Source: a virus
Taxonomy: Duplodnaviria > Caudoviricetes
Length of the DNA: 28,275 nucleotides
Strand: one strand, 5' to 3'
Virus record (IMG/VR): IMGVR_UViG_3300049780_000025
Location: 1-28,275 of that record
The notes below the pieces were generated by a model. The model searched no databases. It saw only the letters and a program-made list of their open reading frames with translations, and was not told the origin of the DNA. Made by a program: the position numbers and the translations under genes. Of the stretch, positions 1 to 8,287 are shown piece after piece. Numbering within the stretch: the first letter of the stretch is position 1; each line of letters starts with the position of its first letter.

Positions 1-1
1 C

Positions 2-3000
2 GCCCGGCCCGCCCCCGGAGCGGCCGCCAGAGCGCTGGGCCCGTGTGATGGGGATGACCTCGCCGCCCAGGCCGCCGACGCCGGCGAGGCTCGAGGTAAC
101 CCGCCCGGGCAGCAGGTCGAACTGGCCGCTCACGGCGTCCACGACCGCGCGGGCCGCCGCCGCCGAGGTCTTGGCGATACCGGAGATGCGGGCGGCCAGG
201 CCCACCTGGAGGCCGGCCCCGGTCATCTGGCCCAGACGCATCATCACGCGCGAAGGAGACCGGATTTGGAGGACGTCCCGGATGGTCTTCTGCACCCTGC
301 GGGCGATCTCCACCATGTACTTCTCGATGCTCTTCTGCTCGGCCTTGAGGCCGGCCAGGAACCCCTTGCTGGCGTTCTTGCCCGCGTCGAACAGCACATC
401 CGCGCTGGTCTTGCCCAGGGCGGTGGACTCCTTGGACAGCTGACCCTGCAACTGGTTGAGCCGCTTGAGGCTGTCCTTGGTGGAGCTGGCCAGGGTGTCG
501 GCGAGCTGGGCGCCCTGCTCCGGGCCCATGCCGATGATCTGCTGCAGCAGGTCCTTGCTCAGGCCGCGGCGGGCCAGCTTGTCCAGGTCGGCGCGGAAGT
601 CCCTCATCCGCTGGACCGCGTCCTCCAGGCTCTTGGCCAGGCCCTTGGAGGTGAGAGTCTCCTGGCCCTGCGTGAGCTTGCTCAGGCTGAACGCGTCCAG
701 CGCGGCCTTGCTGGTGTCGGCGGCGAACTTGTTCGCCTCCTCGATCCGCTTCGCCAGCGCGTCCCGCTCCCCGGCCAGCCGCCGCAGGTTCTGGTTGGAC
801 CGGTCGATGAAGTAGATCAGCCAGTCGTCCGCCTTGGACTTCTTCAGCTTCTCGAAAGCCTTGATGATGCCCTTGACCACCCGCTCGCCGGTGGCCTTGA
901 TCTGGGCCTCCGTGCCCGTCAGCCCCTCCACGAATCCCCTGCCGGTGTCCCTGCCGATCTGGGCGAAGATCTTGGACGGGCTGTGAATGTCCAGGGTGTC
1001 CCGGGCCGCGACGGCCGCGCCATCGGCCATCGCCGCCGCGGCGGCGGCCACCTGGCCGGCGTTGTTGCGGATGCCGTCCACCATGCCCTGCACCACGTTG
1101 GTGCCCACGCCGTCCAGGAGTTGGCCGATCCCGGCGAGCAGCGTGCGCAGCGTGGAGACGGCGCTCCCTACGGAGGCGCTGCTGGTGGTCGTTGCGGCGG
1201 TGGCCGAGGCGGCCAGCGCGCGGGACTGGCCGGCGAGGATGCCCAGCAGGCCGGACTGGTGGGCGAGCTGGGCCGCGCGCCTCGGGTCGGTCAGCGGGAT
1301 GACGACCTCGGGCCCGGCCTCACCGATCAGGGCGTGGGTGGGGCCGAGCACGATGCCACCCCGTGCGAACGGCAGGTACTTCCGGACGCTGGAGGGGATG
1401 CCGGACTTGACCTTGGCCATGATCTGGGAGCCGATGTTCCCGATAGCGCTGAGGATCTTGCCCGGCAGGCCACGGAAGAGAGAGACCACGCCGGAGATCA
1501 GCGACGAGACAGCGGACCGGGCCTTGCTGGCGGCGCTGGTGAACGCCGACGCGATCCGCCCTGGCAGGGCGGACAGCGCGGACGCCACCCGGCCGGGCAG
1601 CTGGCGGAAGAAGCTGGCCGCCTGGGAGATGAACGACGTGATCCGCGACCGCGCCGTGTTGAACGCGGACACGAAGTTCCGCAGCAGGAACGAGCCCAGC
1701 GACGACAGCGCGGACGCGATCCGGCCGGGCAGGGCACGGAAGAACCCGACCGTGGCCGAGATCCAGCCGGACACCGTGGACCGCGCCGAGTTGAACGCGG
1801 ACACGAAGTTCCGCAGCAGGAAGGAGCCCAGAGACGCCAGGGCGCCGCCCACTCGCCCGGGCAGGGCCTGGAAGAACGCCACCGTGGCCGAGATCCAGCC
1901 GGACACCGTGGCCGTGACGGCGTTGAACCCGGCCACGAAAGCGCTGATCAGCAGCGCTCCCAGGGACAGCAGCCCGTTGTAGATCCGGCCCGGCAGCTCG
2001 GTGAAGACGAAGACGATCCCGGCGACGATCGTCAGCAGACCGATGATCAAATACGCGACGGCGCTGGTGAACGCGCTGAGCAGCAACCCCGGCAGGGCGG
2101 CCAGCCCGGCAACGATCCGGCCCGGCAGGGCCACGAAGAAGTCCACCACCGACTGCGTCGCGACGGACAGGCCGGCCTTGGCTGTCTCGAACGCACCGAC
2201 GAAGAACTGGCCGATGGTCGAGCCCAGGGACGACAGCCCGGACACGATTCGCCCCGGCAGGCCGGTGAAGAAGCCGACCACGGCGTCGATCCCGGACGAC
2301 ACGGCCGAGCGCGTCGACTCGAACGCGCTCACGAAGAAGTCGGCGATCCCGAGGGCCGCCTCCTTCACGAAGTTCACCGCGGCGAGGAACCCGGTCTTCA
2401 GGGCGTTTCCGACCGCGTCGACCACGGCCCGCACGGCGCCGTACCGCTGGTAGAGCAGGTAGAGCGCCGTCACCAGGCCGATGACGGCGACCACGATCAC
2501 GCCGATCGGGGAGGCCGCGAACGCCACGTTGAGGGCCAGCCACGCCCCCTGGAGCAGCCGGAACACGGCCACGGCGGTCTTGATGGCCTTGACCAGGCCG
2601 AGGGTGGCCGCCGCGGCGACGAGGACGGGCGCCGCGTAGTTGACCAACGGGCCCAGGAGCTGGAGGACCAGGGTCACCGCAGGGGCCAGGGCAGCCACCA
2701 GGTCAGCGGCGCTACGGGCCAGCGCAGCCGCGGCAGCGGCCACCGGGGGCAGGGCAGGACCGAGGGACAGCGCGGCGGCACCGAGCTGCTCGAAGACGAC
2801 CGCCAGGTGCGGCAGCGCCCCCTGGACGGCGGAACCGAGCTGGTTGATCGTCTGGACGATCACCGGGCCGAGCTGCTGGAAGATCGGCGCCAGCGCCGGC
2901 GCGATCTGCCCCAGGTTGGACAGCAGGGCGGCGATGATCGGGCCGAGCTGCGCCGCTACTTGGCCAATCGTCCCGAAGATGTTGCCCAGGGCGTCCTGCC

Positions 3001-4255
3001 CCTGGGTGGAGTTGACGAACTCCGAGACGGCGCCGGTGATCTCGCGCAGGTTGTTGAGCACCCCCGCGCCGGCGCCCTCCCCCGCCCGGAACAGGCCGCC
3101 GAAGATGTCCGCGACGTTCCCCGCGACGTCGCCGAGCTGCCGCAGGGTGGTGAGCGCGCCCTCCACCCAGGCCACGGCCTGGCCGCCCTGGGCGATGTTC
3201 TGCAGCCAGGTCCCGAACCGTGTGCCCAGGCTGTCGATACGGTCCGACAGCCGCGCCCCGAAGTGCTCGCTGACGACGCCGGCGACCTGGAGCAGGCCGG
3301 CGGTCAGCCCGTTGGTGGTCCCGGCAAGGCCCTCAACGGCTGCCTGCGCGCCGCCCAGGATGGACTGGACGTTCCGTACGCCCTGGGCGCTCTGCAGGTA
3401 TGCCAGGGCGCCCCTGGCCGCCGCTCCCCAGGCGTTGGAGATCGCGGTCAGCCCAGACTTGAGGGGGCCGCCCAGTGCCTTGGCGGTGGCGGTGATCTGC
3501 CCCTCAATCTGGGCGAAGAACCCGTCCTGGACGCTGGCGCGCAGCTCCTCGAACGCAGGCTTCAGCGCCCGCACCTCGCGCGCGGCGGCCTGGGCCTTGG
3601 GCGACAGCCCTTCCAGGGACTCCTCGAACTTCTCGGCGTCCTCGGTCAGGGCCGCGGTGAACGCGTCGCTCACCCCGGCCATGGCGAGCTTGAGGGCGCC
3701 CAGGGCAGCCTGGAACCCCAGGACAGCGGCGGGCAGCGCGGCAAGCAGCCCGGCCGCAGGGGCCAGCGCGGCCACGAACTTGGCCACCCCCACGGCGGCG
3801 CCGGCGGCCGCAATGCCGATCGCCCCGAACTTGAGCGCGCCGAGGATCGCGCCGCCGACCCGGCCGGCGATCCCGGCCAGGCCGCCCAGGGCACGGGTCA
3901 GGCCGTCGGTGTCGAAGTCGACATCGACCGTGACCGTAGGGGCCCGGTGCGCCCGGATCCGGGCGTCGAAGTCATCCAGGTCCGGGACGACTCGGATGGA
4001 CACCACCTCACCGGCCAGCAGCGCCCGCAGGCGCGGCATGAAATCGGTGACGTCCGGGACGACCTGGGCGGCGACCTGGACGTCCCGCAGGCCCCGCTGG
4101 ATGTTGTCCCGGATGCGCTCGCCGACGTCCCGGGTGGCGCGGTCCAGCGCCCGCTTGATGCGCAGCCCGAGGTCCCGGGCATCCGCTACGGCGTCAGCGT
4201 CGTCCAGATCGATGGTGATCCGGGCACTGCCGTAGTCCTCGTCCTCGCCGGCCAC
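2..4255 (-). CDS. Tape measure protein (partial, runs off left edge; >1400 aa)
   Basis: Missing from the ORF track, consistent with no stop in the window. GTG at 4255 reads MAGEDEDYGSARITIDLDDAD and the same frame is open at the left edge (..VIPITRAQRSGGRSGGGPG). Ala/Gly/Leu-rich amphipathic sequence, hydrophobic stretch ~2440-2640, 132-nt repeats, and FARGGIVLGPTHALIGEAGPEVVIP and SPS(K/R) motifs typical of TMPs. Lies directly downstream of the tail assembly chaperone. Confidence 0.92.
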   Translation of the reverse strand, partial: MAGEDEDYGSARITIDLDDADAVADARDLGLRIKRALDRATRDVGERIRDNIQRGLRDVQVAAQVVPDVTDFMPRLRALLAGEVVSIRVVPDLDDFDARIRAHRAPTVTVDVDFDTDGLTRALGGLAGIAGRVGGAILGALKFGAIGIAAAGAAVGVAKFVAALAPAAGLLAALPAAVLGFQAALGALKLAMAGVSDAFTAALTEDAEKFEESLEGLSPKAQAAAREVRALKPAFEELRASVQDGFFAQIEGQITATAKALGGPLKSGLTAISNAWGAAARGALAYLQSAQGVRNVQSILGGAQAAVEGLAGTTNGLTAGLLQVAGVVSEHFGARLSDRIDSLGTRFGTWLQNIAQGGQAVAWVEGALTTLRQLGDVAGNVADIFGGLFRAGEGAGAGVLNNLREITGAVSEFVNSTQGQDALGNIFGTIGQVAAQLGPIIAALLSNLGQIAPALAPIFQQLGPVIVQTINQLGSAVQGALPHLAVVFEQLGAAALSLGPALPPVAAAAAALARSAADLVAALAPAVTLVLQLLGPLVNYAAPVLVAAAATLGLVKAIKTAVAVFRLLQGAWLALNVAFAASPIGVIVVAVIGLVTALYLLYQRYGAVRAVVDAVGNALKTGFLAAVNFVKEAALGIADFFVSAFESTRSAVSSGIDAVVGFFTGLPGRIVSGLSSLGSTIGQFFVGAFETAKAGLSVATQSVVDFFVALPGRIVAGLAALPGLLLSAFTSAVAYLIIGLLTIVAGIVFVFTELPGRIYNGLLSLGALLISAFVAGFNAVTATVSGWISATVAFFQALPGRVGGALASLGSFLLRNFVSAFNSARSTVSGWISATVGFFRALPGRIASALSSLGSFLLRNFVSAFNTARSRITSFISQAASFFRQLPGRVASALSALPGRIASAFTSAASKARSAVSSLISGVVSLFRGLPGKILSAIGNIGSQIMAKVKSGIPSSVRKYLPFARGGIVLGPTHALIGEAGPEVVIPLTDPRRAAQLAHQSGLLGILAGQSRALAASATAATTTSSASVGSAVSTLRTLLAGIGQLLDGVGTNVVQGMVDGIRNNAGQVAAAAAAMADGAAVAARDTLDIHSPSKIFAQIGRDTGRGFVEGLTGTEAQIKATGERVVKGIIKAFEKLKKSKADDWLIYFIDRSNQNLRRLAGERDALAKRIEEANKFAADTSKAALDAFSLSKLTQGQETLTSKGLAKSLEDAVQRMRDFRADLDKLARRGLSKDLLQQIIGMGPEQGAQLADTLASSTKDSLKRLNQLQGQLSKESTALGKTSADVLFDAGKNASKGFLAGLKAEQKSIEKYMVEIARRVQKTIRDVLQIRSPSRVMMRLGQMTGAGLQVGLAARISGIAKTSAAAARAVVDAVSGQFDLLPGRVTSSLAGVGGLGGEVIPITRAQRSGGRSGGGPG
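1600..1930 (-). repeat. 132-nt (44-aa) tandem repeats inside the tape measure gene
   Basis: gttgaacgcggacacgaagttccgcagcaggaa occurs at ~1658 and ~1790; accgtggccgagatccagccggacaccgtgg at ~1749 and ~1881. Degenerate LPGRI-type units continue to ~2350. Confidence 0.85.
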
Positions 4256-4283
4256 CGGGCGGCCCCCACTTGGTGTGTGGTGG

Positions 4284-4307
4284 CGCCCGGCCCTTAACCA
4301 GTCGGCG
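4284..4307 (-). promoter_or_regulatory. Leader hairpin motif, copy 1 (upstream of tape measure gene)
   Basis: Minus strand CGCC-GAC-TGGTT-AAG-GGCCG-GGCG, ending 28 nt before the GTG. Possible -10 box TAATCT at 4346-4351. Confidence 0.8.
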
Positions 4308-4348
4308 AGAGGCGGCCCGCGCGCGAGGGGGCCTGCCGTGAATCCAGA

Positions 4349-4684
4349 TTATCCGTTGCGACCGCCGTTGAGCTGGGCGTCCTCGGCGGCCACGCTGGCC
4401 ATCATCGCCTGGACCTGGTCCAGGCTCATGCCCGTGCGGGCCGGTCGCTCCCCTGCGGCGGCCGGCCTGCCGTGGCCCTTGGGCGGCGCGTACAGGCGGG
4501 CACGGTTACGGGCCCGCTCCTGGTCGTCCTTGGCGGAGGCGTCGATCGCGGCCTCAGCCGCGGCGATCATCGTGCGCAGTGGCCAGGCGTGAAGGTCTAC
4601 GCCTTCGAGCGCGAGCGCGCCGGACCACTCTTCCCAGCCCTCGGCGATGCTTTCGCAGAGCCGCCAGACCGCCCAGTAGGGCGG
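4349..4684 (-). CDS. Tail assembly chaperone C-terminal extension (lambda GT-like), probably reached by -1 frameshift
   Basis: Open frame ..PPYWAVWRLCESIAEGWEEWSGALALEGVDLHAWPLRTMIAAAEAAID.. overlaps the 3' end of the chaperone in the -1 frame and has no convincing start of its own. Sits between chaperone and TMP. The upper boundary is approximate. Confidence 0.7.
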   Translation of the reverse strand, partial: PPYWAVWRLCESIAEGWEEWSGALALEGVDLHAWPLRTMIAAAEAAIDASAKDDQERARNRARLYAPPKGHGRPAAAGERPARTGMSLDQVQAMMASVAAEDAQLNGGRNG

Positions 4685-5127
4685 GCCTTGGAGCCGCCCC
4701 CGTACAGCTCCGTCACCCACTCCATGAGGTCGACCAGCACGCGGTCCGGCATCTGCCAGGCCCACCGGACGCGGGCGCCGGTCACCTGTGCGGCAGCCTC
4801 CTCGGCCTCCTCCCAGTCCTGGTGGAAGGAGAGCACGGCACCGTCCGGGCTGACGGCCTCCACGGTCAGGAAGTCGTGGGCGGACTCCGGCAGCATCATG
4901 CGGCCCAGGAACTGGCGCAGGCCCCTGGTGGCGCCACGTAGCGTGCTGGGGTCCAGCGTCGACAGGTCGTCCAGGTCGATCCCGGAGGCAGCGGCTTGGG
5001 CCTCCTTCAACTCCGCGAACGCGTCCATGTACGCGTCACCCATGACCTCGGGCTCGAACAGGAGGTCCCGGCCGTTGACGGTGGCGACGTGGGGGTCAGT
5101 GTTGAACGAAAAGTTCTTGGTTGCCAC
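4597..5127 (-). CDS. Tail assembly chaperone (176 aa)
   Basis: GTG start with GGAGG/GAGG upstream. Acidic helical protein ending WVTELYGGG..RPT plus a low-complexity tail. Canonical position upstream of TMP. Confidence 0.8.
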   Translation of the reverse strand: MATKNFSFNTDPHVATVNGRDLLFEPEVMGDAYMDAFAELKEAQAAASGIDLDDLSTLDPSTLRGATRGLRQFLGRMMLPESAHDFLTVEAVSPDGAVLSFHQDWEEAEEAAAQVTGARVRWAWQMPDRVLVDLMEWVTELYGGGSKARPTGRSGGSAKASPRAGKSGPARSRSKA

Positions 5128-5153
5128 GGGGTGTGTCCTCGTCCTCCGTGCCT

Positions 5154-5191
5154 CGCCCGGCCCTCAACCAGTCGGCGTGCAGATCAGAGTA
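5154..5191 (-). promoter_or_regulatory. Leader hairpin motif, copy 2 (5154-5177), with putative -10 box TACTCT (5186-5191)
   Basis: Minus strand gcTACTCT-gatctgca-CGCC-GAC-TGGTT-GAG-GGCCG-GGCG, ending 26 nt before the chaperone start. Confidence 0.8.
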
Positions 5192-5260
5192 GCCCGGCGC
5201 CGGGCCGCGCTTCCCTCGATCCGCTCCCGGCTGGCGACCGCTCCGGGCATGATCAGCCGC

Positions 5261-6055
5261 ATGGATCTTCAAGGGGTGGGGGCCGTGGGCGGCGCTGGCG
5301 TCGCGGCGGCCGGCGTCATCGCGGCAGTCCTCGTCGGCCGTTGGAACCTCAAGGCCGTCAACAGCACGGCCAAGGCCGGAATGACGCAAGCAGATGCCAG
5401 CTACAGGGCCGCGCTTGACGCCGTCAAAACCCAAGGCGAGAACGAGCGACTGCAATGGAAGCGCACCGTACAACGCGAGACGTACGCCGCCTTCCTGAAT
5501 TCAGTCATGACACTGACTGAACACTCGTCGGGACTCCTGCGGATTGACTCTCTCGACTGGGCTGGATTCCAACAACAGGCAGCAACTCACCACCCACTGG
5601 AGGCAGACCTGAGGCACAAGTTGCTGCTGGTCAAGCTGGAGGGGCCCGAAGAGGTCGCTGCGGTCGCACAGCAACTGCACGACCGCGCCCGGGAAAGCTC
5701 AGACAACATGGCGGCAAACTTCACCTACCACTACGCATACCGGCTGATCGACACAAAGCGGGCAACCCACCCGGATCAATATCGCCGAGTGCAGCAGCTT
5801 CTCCCGGAGGCGCGAGGACGTTTCAATTCCCTCAACACGGCCGAACCGAACGACCCGATTATGGCTGTCCTGGCCGAACTTCGAACCCTGCTTGCGGCCA
5901 TGGAAATCCCCCTCGGCCATCTCCCCGCGATGTGCCGGGAAAGCCCTTATCGATCTCTGGAAAGAACTAGGCGCAGCCTGGATGAGCAGATTGAACTGTT
6001 TCTCTCTGCTGCTCGTGAAGCGGTCAACGCCGCAACGCCGGGCACCAGCAGGTAA
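5261..6055 (+). CDS. Accessory (moron-like) protein, N-terminal TM helix plus helical domain (264 aa)
   Basis: 3' part of track ORF 4472..6055. MDLQGVGAVGGAGVAAAGVIAAVLVGRW is a hydrophobic N-terminus, followed by QWKRTVQRETYAAFL. Lower GC than flanks, opposite strand. CATGAT-N7-ATG suggests a leaderless start; alternative ATG at 5249. Confidence 0.8.
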   Translation: MDLQGVGAVGGAGVAAAGVIAAVLVGRWNLKAVNSTAKAGMTQADASYRAALDAVKTQGENERLQWKRTVQRETYAAFLNSVMTLTEHSSGLLRIDSLDWAGFQQQAATHHPLEADLRHKLLLVKLEGPEEVAAVAQQLHDRARESSDNMAANFTYHYAYRLIDTKRATHPDQYRRVQQLLPEARGRFNSLNTAEPNDPIMAVLAELRTLLAAMEIPLGHLPAMCRESPYRSLERTRRSLDEQIELFLSAAREAVNAATPGTSR

Positions 6056-6061
6056 GCCCCC

Positions 6062-6078
6062 AGGGCGGAATCCGCCCT
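6062..6078 (+). terminator. Short inverted repeat after first accessory gene
   Basis: agggcgga-a-tccgccct lies just after the TAA at 6055; no U-tract. Confidence 0.35.
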
Positions 6079-6109
6079 TCCTGGCGGCGCCCACTGCCAG
6101 ACTCAGGAC

Positions 6110-6652
6110 ATGTCCGAAGCGATCATCGGCGGCCTGGTCGGCGGCCCCCTCGGTGCAGTGATAGCCCTGCTCGGCAACTACTTCGTGGTGCGTGACTCGC
6201 GGTGGGGGCGAGAGGCCGCCGCCGAACAGCAGGCGGCAGCCAAGCTCCTGGCCATCCTGCGACCGGTCCGCATGGGCGACCGACGCCTGAACGGGTGGAT
6301 GCCCCAATGGGAGTTCACTGAGGACTGCTACGCCATCATCTTCAGCTTCCGCGACCGAAAGGTCCGGCAGCGCCTCAACTCCTCAATCCACATGATCACC
6401 GGAGCCTCGCGGCTCCGCCACCTTGCCGGCGATGAAGCCGTGATCCAGGTCCAGGCCCTCGCGATCGAGGACGTGCGAGACGTCATGGAGGCGCGCCTTG
6501 ACCGTAAGCGGCTCCCTCAACCGTCCAAGGGGTGGTCCTTCGCGAGCAGGAACCTGCTGGATGCCATGCAGCACCACCAGGAGGAGATGGAGGAGGCGCT
6601 GCGCAACTTCGAGCGCGAGCAGGAAGCCATGGACCCACCCCTCCTCCCGTAG
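6110..6652 (+). CDS. Accessory protein, N-terminal TM helix plus helical domain (180 aa)
   Basis: MSEAIIGGLVGGPLGAVIALLGNYFVV hydrophobic N-terminus; CAGACT-N6-ATG with no SD. Confidence 0.8.
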   Translation: MSEAIIGGLVGGPLGAVIALLGNYFVVRDSRWGREAAAEQQAAAKLLAILRPVRMGDRRLNGWMPQWEFTEDCYAIIFSFRDRKVRQRLNSSIHMITGASRLRHLAGDEAVIQVQALAIEDVRDVMEARLDRKRLPQPSKGWSFASRNLLDAMQHHQEEMEEALRNFEREQEAMDPPLLP

Positions 6653-6732
6653 CGGTGCCGACCACCATCCGAGGCGCAGCGACGAGACCTTGGCCGTTGG
6701 CGGAACCGGCCGGCCCACGGCAAGATGCCCGC

Positions 6733-7299
6733 GTGGACCCAGCAGTCACCGCCGCCCTCGTAGCAGTTCCTGCCGCCCTACTGACGGCTGTCGCCGGGTA
6801 CGCGGCAGGCCGCCGCCAAGCACTCGGAGCACAGCTAGCGGCAGTCGACGCCGTACGTCGCCCCCACCAAAGGGAGGCGTACAGGAACATGAGTCGGGAA
6901 GCACGCACCCATCTAAAGAACGCCTCCCGGCTTATGGTCATTCACGACCTCATGCAAACCAGGCCAGATCTGTTTGACCCCGGCCGCAGCTTCGAACTCA
7001 TGCAGGAGGCTACGAATTTACACTTGCGCCGGAACCTTGAGCGGCTGATCTCGCTGGACAACGCCTGCGCAGAAATCGCCATGGAAGGCGCACGGCCTGT
7101 CTACGAGCTCGCCAAGCACCTAATGGAACTCATTCACGACTTGACGCAAAAAGCTCAAGCTGACTCGGAACAGGTGTGGGCAGGCGCCATGAATCAAGAA
7201 CAGTGGATGGCCTCCGATAACGCCCTGTGGATGCAAATCGAGGGGCAATTGGCTACCTACGAGAACGCCGTCAACTGGCACCTGAACCGCCTACTCTGA
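6733..7299 (+). CDS. Accessory protein, N-terminal TM helix plus helical domain (188 aa)
   Basis: GTG start within track ORF 6532..7299: MDPAVTAALVAVPAALLTAVAGYAAGRRQ..AVDAVRRPHQREAY, resembling the 5261 protein (ALDAVK..QRETY). CAAGAT-N6-GTG. In-frame TTA codon at 7018-7020. Confidence 0.8.
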   Translation: MDPAVTAALVAVPAALLTAVAGYAAGRRQALGAQLAAVDAVRRPHQREAYRNMSREARTHLKNASRLMVIHDLMQTRPDLFDPGRSFELMQEATNLHLRRNLERLISLDNACAEIAMEGARPVYELAKHLMELIHDLTQKAQADSEQVWAGAMNQEQWMASDNALWMQIEGQLATYENAVNWHLNRLL

Positions 7300-7304
7300 C
7301 GCAC

Positions 7305-7682
7305 CTATCGCCCCAGACGCAGCGCCCTGGCCAGGAAGTTGTTCGGGCGCGTCCCGGGATGGCGGACCAACTTCGTGAACACGACGTCGCCAGCGACCTC
7401 GAACCGCAGGTAGCGCTTGTGCCGGGGCCGGATGAGGTGGGGGCGGGTTCCGTCCAGGACCAGGCGCACCTTGGGGTGGGTGCAGATGATGACGCCCTGG
7501 AGGCCGCGCGGACCCTCCTGAATGTCCGTCTCGATGTAGTCGCCCATGCTGCCGGGGGCCTGGGCCTCCGCGATCCGGGCGACGCGGTCCACCTTCTGCT
7601 GGAGCTTTCTGCGGGCCCGGCCGCCACGGGCCCGCAGCAGCCGGCGGATGGCGTCCTGGTCCACCCGCACCTCCACGCTCAC
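7305..7682 (-). CDS. Neck / tail-completion protein (HK97 gp10-like position, 125 aa)
   Basis: GTG at 7682 overlaps the upstream TGA (GTGA coupling). Basic protein with LDGTRPHLIRP..LRF..VFTKLVRHPGTRPNNFLARAL, typical of actinophage neck proteins. Confidence 0.75.
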   Translation of the reverse strand: MSVEVRVDQDAIRRLLRARGGRARRKLQQKVDRVARIAEAQAPGSMGDYIETDIQEGPRGLQGVIICTHPKVRLVLDGTRPHLIRPRHKRYLRFEVAGDVVFTKLVRHPGTRPNNFLARALRLGR

Positions 7683-8287
7683 GGAGTCGTCTCCTGGGGG
7701 CATCCGCAGCCCGGCAGGGCGACCGTGACGCGCTGCTCCAGGCCGACGCAGCCGCCCTCCGGGCCGACGGTGCGTGTCTCGCCGACGAACACCACCCGGC
7801 CCCGCCGCTGCTCGCCCGTCGTGGGCAGGCAGCACTCCACGGCGTTGCGGACGACGACCATGTCCGTGTGCAGGATGCGGGCCGTCTCCCCCAGTTCCTC
7901 GCAGGAGGGCGGGCAGCTGCGCTCGTCGAAGGTGGGGGCGCAGCGCAGCAGCGTGACCACGAGCTCCACCGCGAGCGCGGGCGGCGCCGAGCAGGTGAGC
8001 CGGCCCCGGGTCTGCGTCGGGGGCAGGGTGCGGTCTGCCGTGGGAAAGTCCGTGGAGGCGTACAGGCGGGCCACGTTGACGGACAGCTGACCGCCGGCAC
8101 CCCCGGCCGGGGCAGCGTTGCACGGGTCGTCGCAGGAGTCCCAGGCGACCAGGCCGGGCACCAGGCAGGAACGGCAGGGGCATCCCGGCTGGCCCTCCAC
8201 CTGGGCGGCGGCGTCCTGGAGGGCCGCGCACACGCATCCCAGGACGGCCTCCGCGGCATCCTGCACGGCGTTGAGCATCAGGGCCAT
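7679..8287 (-). CDS. Probable tail terminator protein, Cys-rich (202 aa)
   Basis: ATG at 8287 with GAGGA upstream (MALMLNAVQDAAEAVLGCVC..). Contains LLRC and VGPEGGCVG motifs. Synteny after the adaptor. Track ORF 7679..8647 is over-extended. Confidence 0.7.
   Translation of the reverse strand: MALMLNAVQDAAEAVLGCVCAALQDAAAQVEGQPGCPCRSCLVPGLVAWDSCDDPCNAAPAGGAGGQLSVNVARLYASTDFPTADRTLPPTQTRGRLTCSAPPALAVELVVTLLRCAPTFDERSCPPSCEELGETARILHTDMVVVRNAVECCLPTTGEQRRGRVVFVGETRTVGPEGGCVGLEQRVTVALPGCGCPQETTP

Noticed and set aside
266-4297. 1343-aa plus-strand ORF (also 987..1982 and 2640..4235)
   Set aside because: Antisense shadow of the tape measure gene. High-GC codon bias removes stops on the opposite strand, and the translation is not protein-like.
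4472-5260. N-terminal half of the 527-aa track ORF 4472..6055
   Set aside because: Overlaps the chaperone gene antisense. The real gene most likely begins at 5261 (or 5249).
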